This document shows positions 1 to 9,487 of a DNA stretch of 42,643 nt, piece by piece. The DNA lies in NCBI GenBank assembly GCA_049518835.1, contig JBEKRJ010000001.1, positions 1 to 42,643 of the forward strand. Reading direction: 5' to 3'. This DNA is from Solirubrobacteraceae bacterium (GTDB lineage: Bacteria > Actinomycetota > Thermoleophilia > Solirubrobacterales > Solirubrobacteraceae). Both the position numbers and the translations under genes were made by a program. The notes under the pieces are model-generated. The model worked only from the letters and a program-made list of their open reading frames with translations. It was not told the origin of the DNA and made no database searches. Position 1 is the stretch's first letter; the number at the start of each line of letters is the position of its first letter.

Positions 1-703
1 CGCCGCGGGCCCGCGCGGCCGACTCCTCCTCGAGCACCATCACGCCGGCGCCCTCGCCCATCACAAAGCCGTCGCGGCGCGCATCGAACGGCCGCGAGAC
101 GCCGGTCGGCGACAGCGCCTGCATCGAGTTGAAGCACGCAAACCCGAATGCGGTGAGCGTCGCCTCGGCGCCGCCCGCGACCACGGCCTGCGCGTCGCCG
201 CACTGGATCATCCGCGTCGCGGCGCCAAGCGCGTGTGCGCCGCTGGAGCAGGCGGAGACGATCCCGTACGTGTGGCCCTGGAGGCCGAACTTCATCGCCA
301 CCGCGGCGGCGCCGGCATTGGGCATGTACTGGGGGATCCCGAGCGGCGAGACCGACTTCGCGCCACGGTCGCGCATCACGTCGTGCTGGGCCTCGACGGT
401 CTCGATGCCGCCGATCCCGGTCGCGATCACGCACCCGATCCGCAGCGGGTCATATGGCAACCCGTCGCCGAGCGTCGCCTGCGAGAGGGCCTCCTGCGAC
501 GCGACCACCGCCAGCTGCGAGAAGCGGTCCAGGCGCCGGATCTCCTTCACCGAGAGGAACTCCTTGGGCTCGAACTCGCTGCACGAGCCGGCGCCGTCGA
601 CGATCCCGCAGACGCCCTGAGCCCAGCGCTCGTGCAAGGGCCCAACGCCGACGCCCAGCGGCGTCACCGCGCCCAGCCCCGTTATCACGACCTTCGGTTT
701 CAC
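1..703 (-). CDS. fabF: beta-ketoacyl-ACP synthase II, 5' part (runs off the left edge)
   Basis: Manual minus-strand translation from GTG 703: MKPKVVITGLGAVTPLG...RLDRFSQLA; active-site ACAAG region and RPFDARRDGFVMGEGAG. GAGG RBS just after the ACP stop. Not in the ORF track because it is truncated. Confidence 0.93.
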   Translation of the reverse strand, partial: MKPKVVITGLGAVTPLGVGVGPLHERWAQGVCGIVDGAGSCSEFEPKEFLSVKEIRRLDRFSQLAVVASQEALSQATLGDGLPYDPLRIGCVIATGIGGIETVEAQHDVMRDRGAKSVSPLGIPQYMPNAGAAAVAMKFGLQGHTYGIVSACSSGAHALGAATRMIQCGDAQAVVAGGAEATLTAFGFACFNSMQALSPTGVSRPFDARRDGFVMGEGAGVMVLEEESAARARG

Positions 704-714
704 CGGCGCCTCGC

Positions 715-966
715 TCAGCCGGCGCGTTGCACGATCAGGTCGATCGCGTCGCCGACCGTCTTGAGCTCCTTCATGTCCTCGCCCTTGAGCACGACGCCGT
801 ACTCGTCCTCGACGATCTGGGCGAGCTCGACGAGGTCGAGCGAGTCGATGTCGAGCTCCTCGAACGTGGCTTCGCGCGTGATCAGGCTCTCGTCGGGTCC
901 GAAGCTCGCGAGCGCCTCGACGACGCGGGACTCGACCTGCTCTGTGGTGACTGCCGGCATTCTCAT
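715..966 (-). CDS. acpP: acyl carrier protein
   Basis: 83 aa, acidic, LDIDSLDLVEL phosphopantetheine motif; GGAG RBS; alternative start at 960. Confidence 0.95.
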   Translation of the reverse strand: MRMPAVTTEQVESRVVEALASFGPDESLITREATFEELDIDSLDLVELAQIVEDEYGVVLKGEDMKELKTVGDAIDLIVQRAG

Positions 967-995
967 CTACTCCAATTCGTCGTGTTGATCTCAGT

Positions 996-1745
996 TCATG
1001 CAGCCAGACCGCCGTCGACGGTCAAAACTGCGCCGGTTACGTAGCTGGCCTCGTCGGAGGCGAAAAAGCGCACACAGGCGGCGACCTCCTCGGGCGTGCC
1101 CGCACGGCGGGCCGGCACCGCCGACAGCAGGCCCTTATCGACCTGGGCCGTCATCCCGGTCTCGATCCAGCCGGGGGCGACCGCGTTGACGGTGATCCCT
1201 CGGCGCGCGACCTCGACCGCCGCGGTCTTGGTCAGGGCGATCAGCCCCGCCTTCGCCGCAGCGTAGTTGGCCTGGCCCGGATTCGCGCGCAGCCCGACGA
1301 CCGAGGAGATGTTGACGATCCGCCCCGAGCGCGCCTTGAGCATCGGCCCGAGCGCGCGCCGCGTGAGGCGGAAGGCGGCCGTCAGGTCCGTGTCCAGGAC
1401 CGTCGTCCACTCCTCGTCGCCGAGCGTCGGCGTGAGGTCGTCGCGGCTGATGCCGGCGTTGTTGACGAGCACCATCACGCGGCCGCCGAAGTGCGACTCG
1501 AGCGCCGCAAACAGCTCGTTCGGCGCGGTCGGATCGACGATGTCGGCGGCGAGCGCGACCGCGCGACCACCCTCGCGCTCGATCTCCGCCACGACCGCCT
1601 CCGCGCCCGACTTGTCGGCGCGATAGTTGACTCCCACCGGCCAGCCGTCGCGGGCGAGCACGCGCGCGATCGCGGCCCCGATCCCGCGCGATGCACCCGT
1701 CACCAGCGCGCACCCTGACCGCGTCGGCGGTGCGTCATGCACCAC
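996..1745 (-). CDS. fabG: 3-oxoacyl-ACP reductase
   Basis: TGASRGIG, NNAGI, GQANYAAAK, NAVAPG; lies within the fab operon. Confidence 0.92.
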   Translation of the reverse strand: MVHDAPPTRSGCALVTGASRGIGAAIARVLARDGWPVGVNYRADKSGAEAVVAEIEREGGRAVALAADIVDPTAPNELFAALESHFGGRVMVLVNNAGISRDDLTPTLGDEEWTTVLDTDLTAAFRLTRRALGPMLKARSGRIVNISSVVGLRANPGQANYAAAKAGLIALTKTAAVEVARRGITVNAVAPGWIETGMTAQVDKGLLSAVPARRAGTPEEVAACVRFFASDEASYVTGAVLTVDGGLAA

Positions 1746-2793
1746 CGGCGCCTCCCCACTCGATTACCCCCGCACCCCAGGTGAAGCCGGCACCGAACGC
1801 GCACAGCAGCACTCGGGCGCCGGGCCTCAGGCGGCCGTCGCGCTGCGCCGCGGCGAGCGCGAGCGGCACTGTCGCGGCGGAGGAGTTGCCGAGGCGCTCG
1901 ATGCAGTTCACGACCCGCTCGGGCGCCAGCGAGAGCCTGTCGCCGAGCGCCCTGACGATCCGGGCGTTCGCCTGGTGATAGACGAACAGGTCGATCTGAT
2001 CGAGCGTCAACCCCGCCTGGTCGACCGCCGCCAGCGTCGACTCGATCATCCGCGCGACGGCGTGCCGGTAGACCTCGGGGCCGTCCATCCGCAGCTTGCG
2101 GTCGTCGTGGCTGATCTGGATCGTCGCGGCGCCGGAGCCGTCAGAGCCGAGCACGATCGGGCCGACCGCGCCGTATTCGCCGGCGGCGGGAGCGAGCACG
2201 GCGGCAGCGGCGGCGTCGCCGAACAGCGGCGCGGTGCGCTTGTCGTCCCAGTCGGTGAGCCGCGACACGAAGTCCGCGCCGATCAGCAGCACGTTGCGGG
2301 CGCGGCCGCTCTCGATCTGCGCGGCGCCGAGCGCGATCCCCGACAGAAACGCCGTGCACGCGGCGCCAAGGTCGATCGCGCCGGCATGCCGCGCGCCGAG
2401 CTGGTGGGCGACGAGCGGCGCCGTGTTGGGGCTCAGCTCGTCCTGGGTCATCGTCGCGGCGAGCACGAGGTCGAGATCGCCGGGCTCGAGCTCGGCGCGC
2501 TGCAGCGCGATCGCGCCGGCGCGCGCGGCAAAGTCCGACAGCCGCTCGTCGGGGGCGGCGATCGGGCGCTCACGGACGCCCGTGCGCGAGATGATCCAAT
2601 CCTCGGTCACCCCCAGCCGAGGCGCCAGCTCGGCGGTCGTCAGGCGCCCGGACGGCAGCTGCGTGGCAACCGACAGCAGGGCGGCCCGGGCAGCCGGACG
2701 GACCGGCGACGCGACCCGGGGTCGCGGCCTGGTGGCAGCGCGGAGGGGCGACGCGATCTCGGGTCGGGTCCTCGTGATTGCCTGTTCAAGCAT
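1735..2793 (-). CDS. fabH: beta-ketoacyl-ACP synthase III
   Basis: WIISRTGVRER and catalytic ACTAF / HQAN / GNSS; ATG 2793 preceded by GGAG. Confidence 0.92.
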   Translation of the reverse strand: MLEQAITRTRPEIASPLRAATRPRPRVASPVRPAARAALLSVATQLPSGRLTTAELAPRLGVTEDWIISRTGVRERPIAAPDERLSDFAARAGAIALQRAELEPGDLDLVLAATMTQDELSPNTAPLVAHQLGARHAGAIDLGAACTAFLSGIALGAAQIESGRARNVLLIGADFVSRLTDWDDKRTAPLFGDAAAAAVLAPAAGEYGAVGPIVLGSDGSGAATIQISHDDRKLRMDGPEVYRHAVARMIESTLAAVDQAGLTLDQIDLFVYHQANARIVRALGDRLSLAPERVVNCIERLGNSSAATVPLALAAAQRDGRLRPGARVLLCAFGAGFTWGAGVIEWGGAGGA

Positions 2794-2862
2794 TGTCGAG
2801 CTCCAGTGGCACCGTAGGACCGTACGCACGAACGCCGGTTCGGATACAGCCCGCGCACATAG

Positions 2863-2882
2863 TTCCCCCCGTTCGGGGGGAA
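2863..2882. promoter_or_regulatory. perfect palindrome TTCCCCCCG-TT-CGGGGGGAA in the fabH/thioesterase divergent region; putative operator
   Basis: 9-bp perfect arms, directly next to the TACCCT -10 (2884-2889) of the thioesterase gene. Confidence 0.5.
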
Positions 2883-2897
2883 GTACCCTGGCTGCTC

Positions 2898-3677
2898 GTG
2901 CGCCACGACGACTTCACGCCGCCGCCGGCACGCGGGCGGCTGTTCACGTCCGCGATGCGACCCGGCCTGGCCGACTGCGCCCCATCGGGACGGATGCGAC
3001 TGGACGCGCTCGCTCGCTGGCTGCAGGACGTCGCGTATGCGGACGTCGAGGAGGCGGGGGTCGCGGACCGGGCCGTATGGGTCGTCCGCCGCACGCGCCT
3101 GCGCGTCGAGCGCTGGCCGCGGTTCGGGGAGCCGTGCACGGCTTTGACGTTCTGCAGCGGCCTCGGGCGGATGTGGGCCGAGCGGCGCACGGCGATCGCG
3201 CCGGCGCGCGCCGGCAACGCGATCGCGCCGGCGGGTGCGGGCGGGCCAGTGGCGCCGGCGAATGCCGCCACCTCGATCGTGGAGGCGGTCTCGCTGTGGG
3301 TCCATCTCGATCCCGCCAGCCGTCGCCCGACGCCGCTTTCGGACGCCGAGCTGCACCGCTACCGCGAGGCGGCCGGCGAGCGGCGGGTGACGGCCCGGCT
3401 ACGCCACCCCCCGCCCGAGCCCGGCACCCGCAACTGCGCCTGGACGTTTCGCGCGACCGAGTGCGACCTCGCCGGTCACATCAACAACGCCGCGTACTGG
3501 CAGCCGCTCGAGGAGCAGTTGCTGATCGGCCCGGACCCGGAGCGGATCGATGCCGAGATCGAGTTCCGTACGCCGGCCCAGCCCGGGACCAAGATCGTCG
3601 CGCTCGACGGGCGGCGGATGTGGATCGTCGACGATGGCGGCGAAACACACGCCTCGATCTATTTTACACTGGCGTAG
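2898..3677 (+). CDS. acyl-ACP thioesterase (FatA/FatB-like double hotdog)
   Basis: WVVRRTRLRVERWPRFGE and DLAGHINNAAY motifs; GTG start inferred 8 nt after TACCCT. Confidence 0.85.
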   Translation: MRHDDFTPPPARGRLFTSAMRPGLADCAPSGRMRLDALARWLQDVAYADVEEAGVADRAVWVVRRTRLRVERWPRFGEPCTALTFCSGLGRMWAERRTAIAPARAGNAIAPAGAGGPVAPANAATSIVEAVSLWVHLDPASRRPTPLSDAELHRYREAAGERRVTARLRHPPPEPGTRNCAWTFRATECDLAGHINNAAYWQPLEEQLLIGPDPERIDAEIEFRTPAQPGTKIVALDGRRMWIVDDGGETHASIYFTLA

Positions 3678-3691
3678 GAAGTCCCGACCGC

Positions 3692-4510
3692 ATGAGCCTG
3701 CCGCCACCGTCCCCCAGCTCCGCCGCGCTCGTGACCGGGGCGTCGGCTGGGATCGGGAGCGAGATCGCGCGCCAGCTGGCGCGCCGGGGGCACGGCCTCG
3801 TGCTGGTCGCTCGACGCAAGCAGCGCCTCGACGTGCTCGCGGGTGAGCTGACCGCGGAGTACGGGGTCCGCGCCGAGACGATCACCTGCGACGTCGGCAA
3901 GCCGGTCGCGCGCGGGCGGCTGGTGGCGCAAATCACCAAGCTCCGGCTCGCGATCGAGGTGCTCGTCAACAACGCCGGGTTCGCGACCGGCGGGCCGTTT
4001 TACAAATCCGATCCCGACCGCGAGCTCGAGCAGGTGCGGGTGCTCGTCGAAGCGGTCGTCGCGCTGACGTCGGCGTTCGCGCCGGGGATGGTGGCGCGGG
4101 GGCGCGGCGCGATCCTGAACATCGCCTCGACCGCCGGCATGCAGCCGATGCCCTACTCGGCCGGGTACGCGGCGGCGAAGGCGCACGCGCTCGCGTTCTC
4201 CGAGGCGTTGCATTACGAGCTGCGCGGCCAAGGCGTGACGGTCACCGCGCTTGCCCCCGGTCCAGTCGCGACCGACTTCTGGCAGGTCGCGGGGTGGGAG
4301 ACGAACACCGGCAAGTCGTTCGAGCAGGCGCTCCCGCGGCCGGCGATGATCTCTCCCGAGCAAGCCGCGCGCGCGGCCGTCGAAGGGCTCGAGTCGGGCC
4401 GGCGGGTGGTCGTCCCGGGGCTGCCCATCAGGACGGCGATGGAGGCCGCGCGCTACGTCCCAAACGCGCTCAAGCTGCCGGTGATCGAATGGTTCATGCG
4501 CCGCCGCTGA
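3692..4510 (+). CDS. short-chain dehydrogenase/reductase
   Basis: TGASAGIG, LVLVARR, NNAG, YAAAK; 3' part of ORF 2096-4510. Confidence 0.9.
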   Translation: MSLPPPSPSSAALVTGASAGIGSEIARQLARRGHGLVLVARRKQRLDVLAGELTAEYGVRAETITCDVGKPVARGRLVAQITKLRLAIEVLVNNAGFATGGPFYKSDPDRELEQVRVLVEAVVALTSAFAPGMVARGRGAILNIASTAGMQPMPYSAGYAAAKAHALAFSEALHYELRGQGVTVTALAPGPVATDFWQVAGWETNTGKSFEQALPRPAMISPEQAARAAVEGLESGRRVVVPGLPIRTAMEAARYVPNALKLPVIEWFMRRR

Positions 4511-6216
4511 TCGGCTCGCTGCCGCGCTCTCTGCCGCGCTCCGTGTCCCGCTCTGTGCCGCGCTCGATCGGGCGCTACACGCGGGTGGCGCAAGACCTCG
4601 CCGGCGGCGTGACAACGCTCGCGTCGCTCGGCGTCGTCGCGCCGGTGCGCCCTGACCGGCTCGCGCGCGTCGTCCGCGCTCAGCGCCGGTACGGGGTCAC
4701 GCCGGCGTTCGCCGCCGCGGCCGCGGCGGCGCTGCACCCCGGCCGTCCGGCCGTGATCGACGAGCGCGGCGCGCTGACGTTCGCGGACCTGGACGCGCAG
4801 GCGCGGGCGCTCGCCGGCGCGCTGCACCGGTGCTACGAGCTCGGCGCGGGCGATCGCGTCGCGATCATGTGCCGTAACCACCGCGGCTTCGTGCAGGCGA
4901 CCGTCGCCGCTTCGCGGCTCGGCTGCGACCTGGTGCCGCTCAACACCGACTTCGCGGCGCCGCAGCTGGCCGACGTGCTGGCCCGGGAGGCCGTCAGCGC
5001 GGTCGTCCACGACGAGGAGTTCGCGGCGACGTTCGACGACGCCGGCTGCGCGCTGCCACGGGTCGTGGCCTGGCACGAGCGCCCGCTCGCGCAGCTGACG
5101 ATCGACGCGCAGCTGACGATCGACGCGCTGCTGGCGGCCCGGGGGGCGGGCGAGCGCGACGCCCCGGCCCCGCGCGCACATGGGCGCACGATCCTGATGA
5201 CGTCCGGCACCACCGGCACGCCGAAGGGCGCGGTGCGGACGCTGCGGGCGCAGATGCTCGTGTCGCTGGCGGTGGCCGGGCTGATCGACCTCGGTCGGTT
5301 CAAGCCACCGCCGCGCTCCGGCGAGCCGCTCGTGGTCGCGCCGCCGCTGTTTCACCTCTACGGCCAGCTCGCGCTGATGCTCGCGTTCGGGCTCGGCTCG
5401 CCGCTCGTGGTCCGGCGGCGGTTTGACCCCGAGGCGACCCTCGCGCAGATCGACGACCACCACGCCGCCGTCCTGCTGGCGGTGCCGACGATGCTCAAGC
5501 GGATCGTCGACCTGCCACCGGACACCCGCCGCCGCTACGACTGCGGTTCGCTGAAGGTCGTCGCCAGCGGCGCCGCGCCGCTGGCGCCGGAGCTCTGCAC
5601 CGCGGTCATGGACCAGTTCGGCGACGTGCTCTACAACGGCTACGCCTCGACCGAGGTCGGCGCGGTCGCGCTGGCGACGCCGGCCGATCTGCGAACAGCC
5701 CCGGGCACCGTCGGGCGGCCGCTGGCGGGGATCAAGCTCAAGCTCCTCGGCGACGACGGCACCGAGTGCGAGCATGGCGCGGTGGGGCGGATCTTCGTCG
5801 GCAGCCCGTCGCTGTTCGACGGCTATTCGGGGGGCGGCGGCAAGCAGGTGATCAAGGGCTTGATGAGCACCGGCGACGTCGGCCACCTCGACGAGCGCGG
5901 GCGGCTGTTCATCGACGGCCGCGACGACGACATGATCCTGTCCGGCGGCGAGAACGTGTTTCCGCAGGAGGTCGAGGAGCTGCTGTGCAGCCACGACGCG
6001 GTCGCCGACGCAGCCGTGTTCGGCGTCGCTGACCCAGACTTCGGCCAGCGGCTGGGAGCGTTTGTGGTCTGCAAGCCCGACGCCGACGTGTCTGCCGAGG
6101 AGCTCCAGCGCTACGTGCGCGAGCGGCTCGCGCGCTACAAGGTGCCGCGCGAGATCACGTTCGTCGCGCAGGTGCCGCGCACCGCGACCGGGAAACTCCA
6201 GCGCGGCAGGCTATGA
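4507..6216 (+). CDS. AMP-dependent acyl-CoA synthetase (FadD-like)
   Basis: TSGTTGTPKG P-loop, YASTE, TGD, GRDDDMILSGGENVFP, TATGK; start uncertain (CTG 4507 or GTG 4543/4555). Confidence 0.9.
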   Translation: MIGSLPRSLPRSVSRSVPRSIGRYTRVAQDLAGGVTTLASLGVVAPVRPDRLARVVRAQRRYGVTPAFAAAAAAALHPGRPAVIDERGALTFADLDAQARALAGALHRCYELGAGDRVAIMCRNHRGFVQATVAASRLGCDLVPLNTDFAAPQLADVLAREAVSAVVHDEEFAATFDDAGCALPRVVAWHERPLAQLTIDAQLTIDALLAARGAGERDAPAPRAHGRTILMTSGTTGTPKGAVRTLRAQMLVSLAVAGLIDLGRFKPPPRSGEPLVVAPPLFHLYGQLALMLAFGLGSPLVVRRRFDPEATLAQIDDHHAAVLLAVPTMLKRIVDLPPDTRRRYDCGSLKVVASGAAPLAPELCTAVMDQFGDVLYNGYASTEVGAVALATPADLRTAPGTVGRPLAGIKLKLLGDDGTECEHGAVGRIFVGSPSLFDGYSGGGGKQVIKGLMSTGDVGHLDERGRLFIDGRDDDMILSGGENVFPQEVEELLCSHDAVADAAVFGVADPDFGQRLGAFVVCKPDADVSAEELQRYVRERLARYKVPREITFVAQVPRTATGKLQRGRL

Positions 6217-6240
6217 GCGACCACCGGTGAGCAAGCGCCA

Positions 6241-7428
6241 GTGAGCGACACGGACCCCTTCGAGCGCCTCGACGCGCTGATCGCGGTCGGCCTGCGGCTC
6301 GCGCGCTCGGCCCCCAGCGGGCGAGTCGCGCTGGCGCGGGCCGCGGCCGCGCTGCACCCGGCGTGGCTGCCGCGGCCGTGGGGCGACCCGATCGAGGCCG
6401 AGCTGCGCGCCGCTGCGACCGCGGCGGTCACCGACCCGATCGCACCGCGGCGGGTCGAGCGTGTGCTGCGCGACGCGTGGGGCGTGCCGCCGGCCGACGA
6501 GCTCGACGAGCTCGAGCTCGAGCCGGTCGCGGTGACGCCGAGCTCGCAGGTGCACCGCGGCGTCCGCGCCGGCAACCCGGTCGCGATCAAGCTCAGGCGG
6601 CCGGGGCTCGACAAGGCCACGCGCCAGGACCTGGTCTTACTCGAGCGGTTGTCGGCGCCGCTGGCGGCCGCGTTCCCGGCGCTCGACGCCGGCGCGATCC
6701 TCGCCGAGGTGCGCGAGCGGGTGCTCGACGAGCTCGACCTCGAGCACGAGGCGGCCGTCCAGCGCCGGGTGCACCGGGCGTTGCGCGGCCACCCGTTCCT
6801 GACCGTGCCGGCGCCGGTCAGCAGCCTCGCTCGCGACGGCGTGCTGGTCAGCGAATGGATCGACGGCGTCGCGCTGGGCCAAGCCCCGGACGCCGATCAA
6901 GCCGCTGCGCGGCTGGTCGCGTTCGTGCTCGGCGGGTTGACGGCGGGGATCGCGCACGCCGATCCCGACCCAGACGACGTGCTCGTGCTCGCCGACGGGC
7001 GCCTGGCGATACTCGACTTCGGCGCCAGCCGGACCGTCGACGCGCCGCGCGCCGCGCTCACCGCAGCCGTGTTCGACGCGTTCGCCGGCGAGGACGCCGG
7101 CGCGCTCGGCGACGCGACCGCGGCGCTCGGGTGGCTGGCGGCCGACCGGGCGCCGGCGGCGCTGGCGCTGATCCGCCATGCGCTCGCAGAGCTCGCCGGG
7201 CCGTCGCCGTCGCGGCTCGACGTCGACGCCGTGACCGCCGTCCGCGAGCGGCTGCTGGAGGCGCCCGACGAGCTTGCCGCGCTGCTGCGCGCCGGCGCGC
7301 TGGGGCCCCAAGACCTGTGGCCGGCGCGCAGCGTCGCGCAGGCGTTCGGCGCGATCGCGCGCGTCGGGGCGACCGGAAGCTGGGTGCCGCTCGCGCAGGC
7401 CGCGCTACGCGACGGGTGGCGCGCTTGA
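6241..7428 (+). CDS. ABC1/UbiB/AarF-family atypical kinase, degenerate motifs
   Basis: SQVHRG, VAIK, ELDLEHEA, HADP, LDFG; KxGQ not visible. Confidence 0.8.
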   Translation: MSDTDPFERLDALIAVGLRLARSAPSGRVALARAAAALHPAWLPRPWGDPIEAELRAAATAAVTDPIAPRRVERVLRDAWGVPPADELDELELEPVAVTPSSQVHRGVRAGNPVAIKLRRPGLDKATRQDLVLLERLSAPLAAAFPALDAGAILAEVRERVLDELDLEHEAAVQRRVHRALRGHPFLTVPAPVSSLARDGVLVSEWIDGVALGQAPDADQAAARLVAFVLGGLTAGIAHADPDPDDVLVLADGRLAILDFGASRTVDAPRAALTAAVFDAFAGEDAGALGDATAALGWLAADRAPAALALIRHALAELAGPSPSRLDVDAVTAVRERLLEAPDELAALLRAGALGPQDLWPARSVAQAFGAIARVGATGSWVPLAQAALRDGWRA

Positions 7429-7441
7429 CCGCACCCGGGCG

Positions 7442-7498
7442 GAGCCTGGCTGCAAAAACACAAAACACGCCAAATACGGGCGGTTTTGCAGCAGGCTC
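7442..7498. repeat. AT-rich intergenic inverted repeat (bidirectional terminator or REP/MITE-like element)
   Basis: GAGCCTGGCTGCAAAA ... TTTTGCAGCAGGCTC arms (one-base bulge) between convergent genes. Confidence 0.65.
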
Positions 7499-7503
7499 GG
7501 TGG

Positions 7504-8736
7504 TCAGGCTGCCTCCGCCGCCCGCGCCACCGCGCTCGGCGCCGCGACCGCCGGCTCTGGCACTCGACGCGCGGCACGCGCCAGCCGCCGGGCGATCCAG
7601 TCGAGCGCCACGGGGGTGCCGGCAAGCGCGCCGCTGATGTGGTCGAAGCCGCCGCGGGTCACGTACAGCCGCACGTCGGCGCCGAGCGCGCGCCACTCGT
7701 CGCACAACCGCTGGCTTTGCGAGAACGACACGATCTGGTCGCGACGGGCGTGGTGCAGCAGCACCGAGGCGACGGGCGCGGTCTCGCCGAGCCGGTTCTC
7801 GCGCAGGCGCCGGCGCCACTCGGGCAGCGCGAGCACGTTGGGCTCGGACAGGTCGTCCATCCTCGCCCATCGCGGTCCCGACAGCATCGCCTGCACGATC
7901 GAGGACTGGCGCAGCATCGCGATCACCTTGCTCGCCGCGGGCGTCAGGTAGGAGTCGAGGTCGAGCTCGGGGTACGCGGCCGCATAGCCGATCCCGCCGT
8001 AGGCGATGAAGAACGAGAAGAAGCTGCCGTCGAGCGTCGGGCTCGCGAACTCGAGGTTGGCCGCCGCGGCCCCCGCCGCGACCGCGACGAGCGGCACGTC
8101 GGGCGCGTACGCCGGCTGCAGCTGCGCGGCCCATGCGGCGGCCGCACCACCCTCCGAGTAGCCGATGATCGCCGCCGGCCCGTCGGCGGACAGCTCGTCG
8201 GGCGCCAGCGAGCGAGCGGCACGGAGCGCGTCGAGGATGTTGGGGCCGAGCGCCCGACCGACCATGTACGTGTGGTCGCCCGGCGTGCCGAGCCCCTCGT
8301 AGTCGGTGATCGCCACCGCCCACCCTCGGGCCAGCGTCATCGCGATCAGCCCCGCCTCCCAGTCCAGCCCGCGGGCGAGCAGCCGCGACGGCGCGGCGCC
8401 GTCGCCGATCCCGTGCGTCCCGACCGCGTACCCGATCAGCGGGCGCGGCCCGCCGCGCCACCCACAGCGCGGGACCAGCACGGTCCCGGAGACGGCGGTC
8501 GGCTCGCCGGTTGCCGATGTCGAGCGGTACAGGACGCGCCAGCCGCGCGCCTTGAGCCGCACGCCCGGCCACACGTATGCGTCCATCGGCTCGGACCGCA
8601 GAACGTCTCCGGGACGACCGTCCCCGAGCGGCGCCGGCGGCTCGTAGAAATGCTCAGCGCGGGCGGCGCGCCGCCGGGGCGCCGACATTAGCCGCAGCTG
8701 CGCGGTCGTCAGCCGCGCGACCTCAGTAAGAATCAC
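7504..8736 (-). CDS. lipase, secretory-lipase (LIP/CalA-like) alpha/beta hydrolase family
   Basis: YRSTS...VSGTVLVP, TDYEGLGTPGDHTY, nucleophile GYSEGG, DQIV, DH; no obvious signal peptide. Confidence 0.87.
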   Translation of the reverse strand: MILTEVARLTTAQLRLMSAPRRRAARAEHFYEPPAPLGDGRPGDVLRSEPMDAYVWPGVRLKARGWRVLYRSTSATGEPTAVSGTVLVPRCGWRGGPRPLIGYAVGTHGIGDGAAPSRLLARGLDWEAGLIAMTLARGWAVAITDYEGLGTPGDHTYMVGRALGPNILDALRAARSLAPDELSADGPAAIIGYSEGGAAAAWAAQLQPAYAPDVPLVAVAAGAAAANLEFASPTLDGSFFSFFIAYGGIGYAAAYPELDLDSYLTPAASKVIAMLRQSSIVQAMLSGPRWARMDDLSEPNVLALPEWRRRLRENRLGETAPVASVLLHHARRDQIVSFSQSQRLCDEWRALGADVRLYVTRGGFDHISGALAGTPVALDWIARRLARAARRVPEPAVAAPSAVARAAEAA

Positions 8737-8850
8737 CGCTCACCGGCCCCTGCTCCACTCTCTCGCCTTCGTTGGCCCAGTCGATAGCCTACCGGATCAA
8801 CTTCAACCGGAGGGCGATTCTTCCTGCGTAACGAGGAGAAAACGCGACGC

Positions 8851-9477
8851 CTACGCGAGCAAACCGATGCGCTGGGCGCGCTGGACCGCCTCGGCGCGGT
8901 TGCGCGCCCCGAGCTTGCGGTACAGCGCGCTCGTGTGCTCCTTGACGGTGTGGGGCGACAGGTACAGGCGCTCGGCGATCTCGCGGTTGGTCGAGCCGGC
9001 CGCGATCAGGTCGAGCACCTCCCGTTCGCGCTCGGACAGCAGCGGCGCCGGCTGCTCGGCCTTGGGCGCGAACAGCGTCATGCCGAGCCCGACGCGCCGC
9101 ACCGCATTGGCGATCTCGTGCGCCTCCCAGTCCTTGGACACGAACCCCGAGGCGCCGGCGGCGCGCGCCGCCGCCGCCGACATCCGCCCGGCCCCGGAGA
9201 TCAGCAGCACGCGCGTCGTCGGCGAGGCGGCGCGGATCGACTCGCACACGTCGGCTCCCGACTCGCCCGCGAGGAACAGGTCGACGAGCGCCACGTGCGG
9301 GCTGAAGGTGCGCGTCAGCTCGAGCGCCTCGGCGCCGGTGCGCGCGGCCAGGCACCGCGCGACCCACGGCTGCTCACCGAGCAGGACGCGAAAGCCCCAG
9401 TGCACGACGTCGTGATCGTCGACGACGAGCACCCGCAGCCGCCGCTCGCCGAGGCGCCCAGTCGAGGCGTGGCTCAC
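8851..9477 (-). CDS. NarL/LuxR-family response regulator
   Basis: VLVVDDH, phospho-Asp in LVDLFL, FVSK, LSEREREVL...TNREIAERLYLSPHTVKEH; GTG start at 9477 inferred. Confidence 0.93.
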   Translation of the reverse strand: MSHASTGRLGERRLRVLVVDDHDVVHWGFRVLLGEQPWVARCLAARTGAEALELTRTFSPHVALVDLFLAGESGADVCESIRAASPTTRVLLISGAGRMSAAAARAAGASGFVSKDWEAHEIANAVRRVGLGMTLFAPKAEQPAPLLSEREREVLDLIAAGSTNREIAERLYLSPHTVKEHTSALYRKLGARNRAEAVQRAQRIGLLA

Positions 9478-9487
9478 CCCATGCCGA

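Noticed and set aside
1-2793. Type II aromatic PKS
   Set aside because: The KS is FabF-like and no chain-length factor or cyclase is visible, although genes beyond the left edge are unknown
2096-3691. 804-aa ORF 2096-4510 as one fusion protein
   Set aside because: Only 3692-4510 is SDR; the rest is a shadow frame over fabH and the thioesterase
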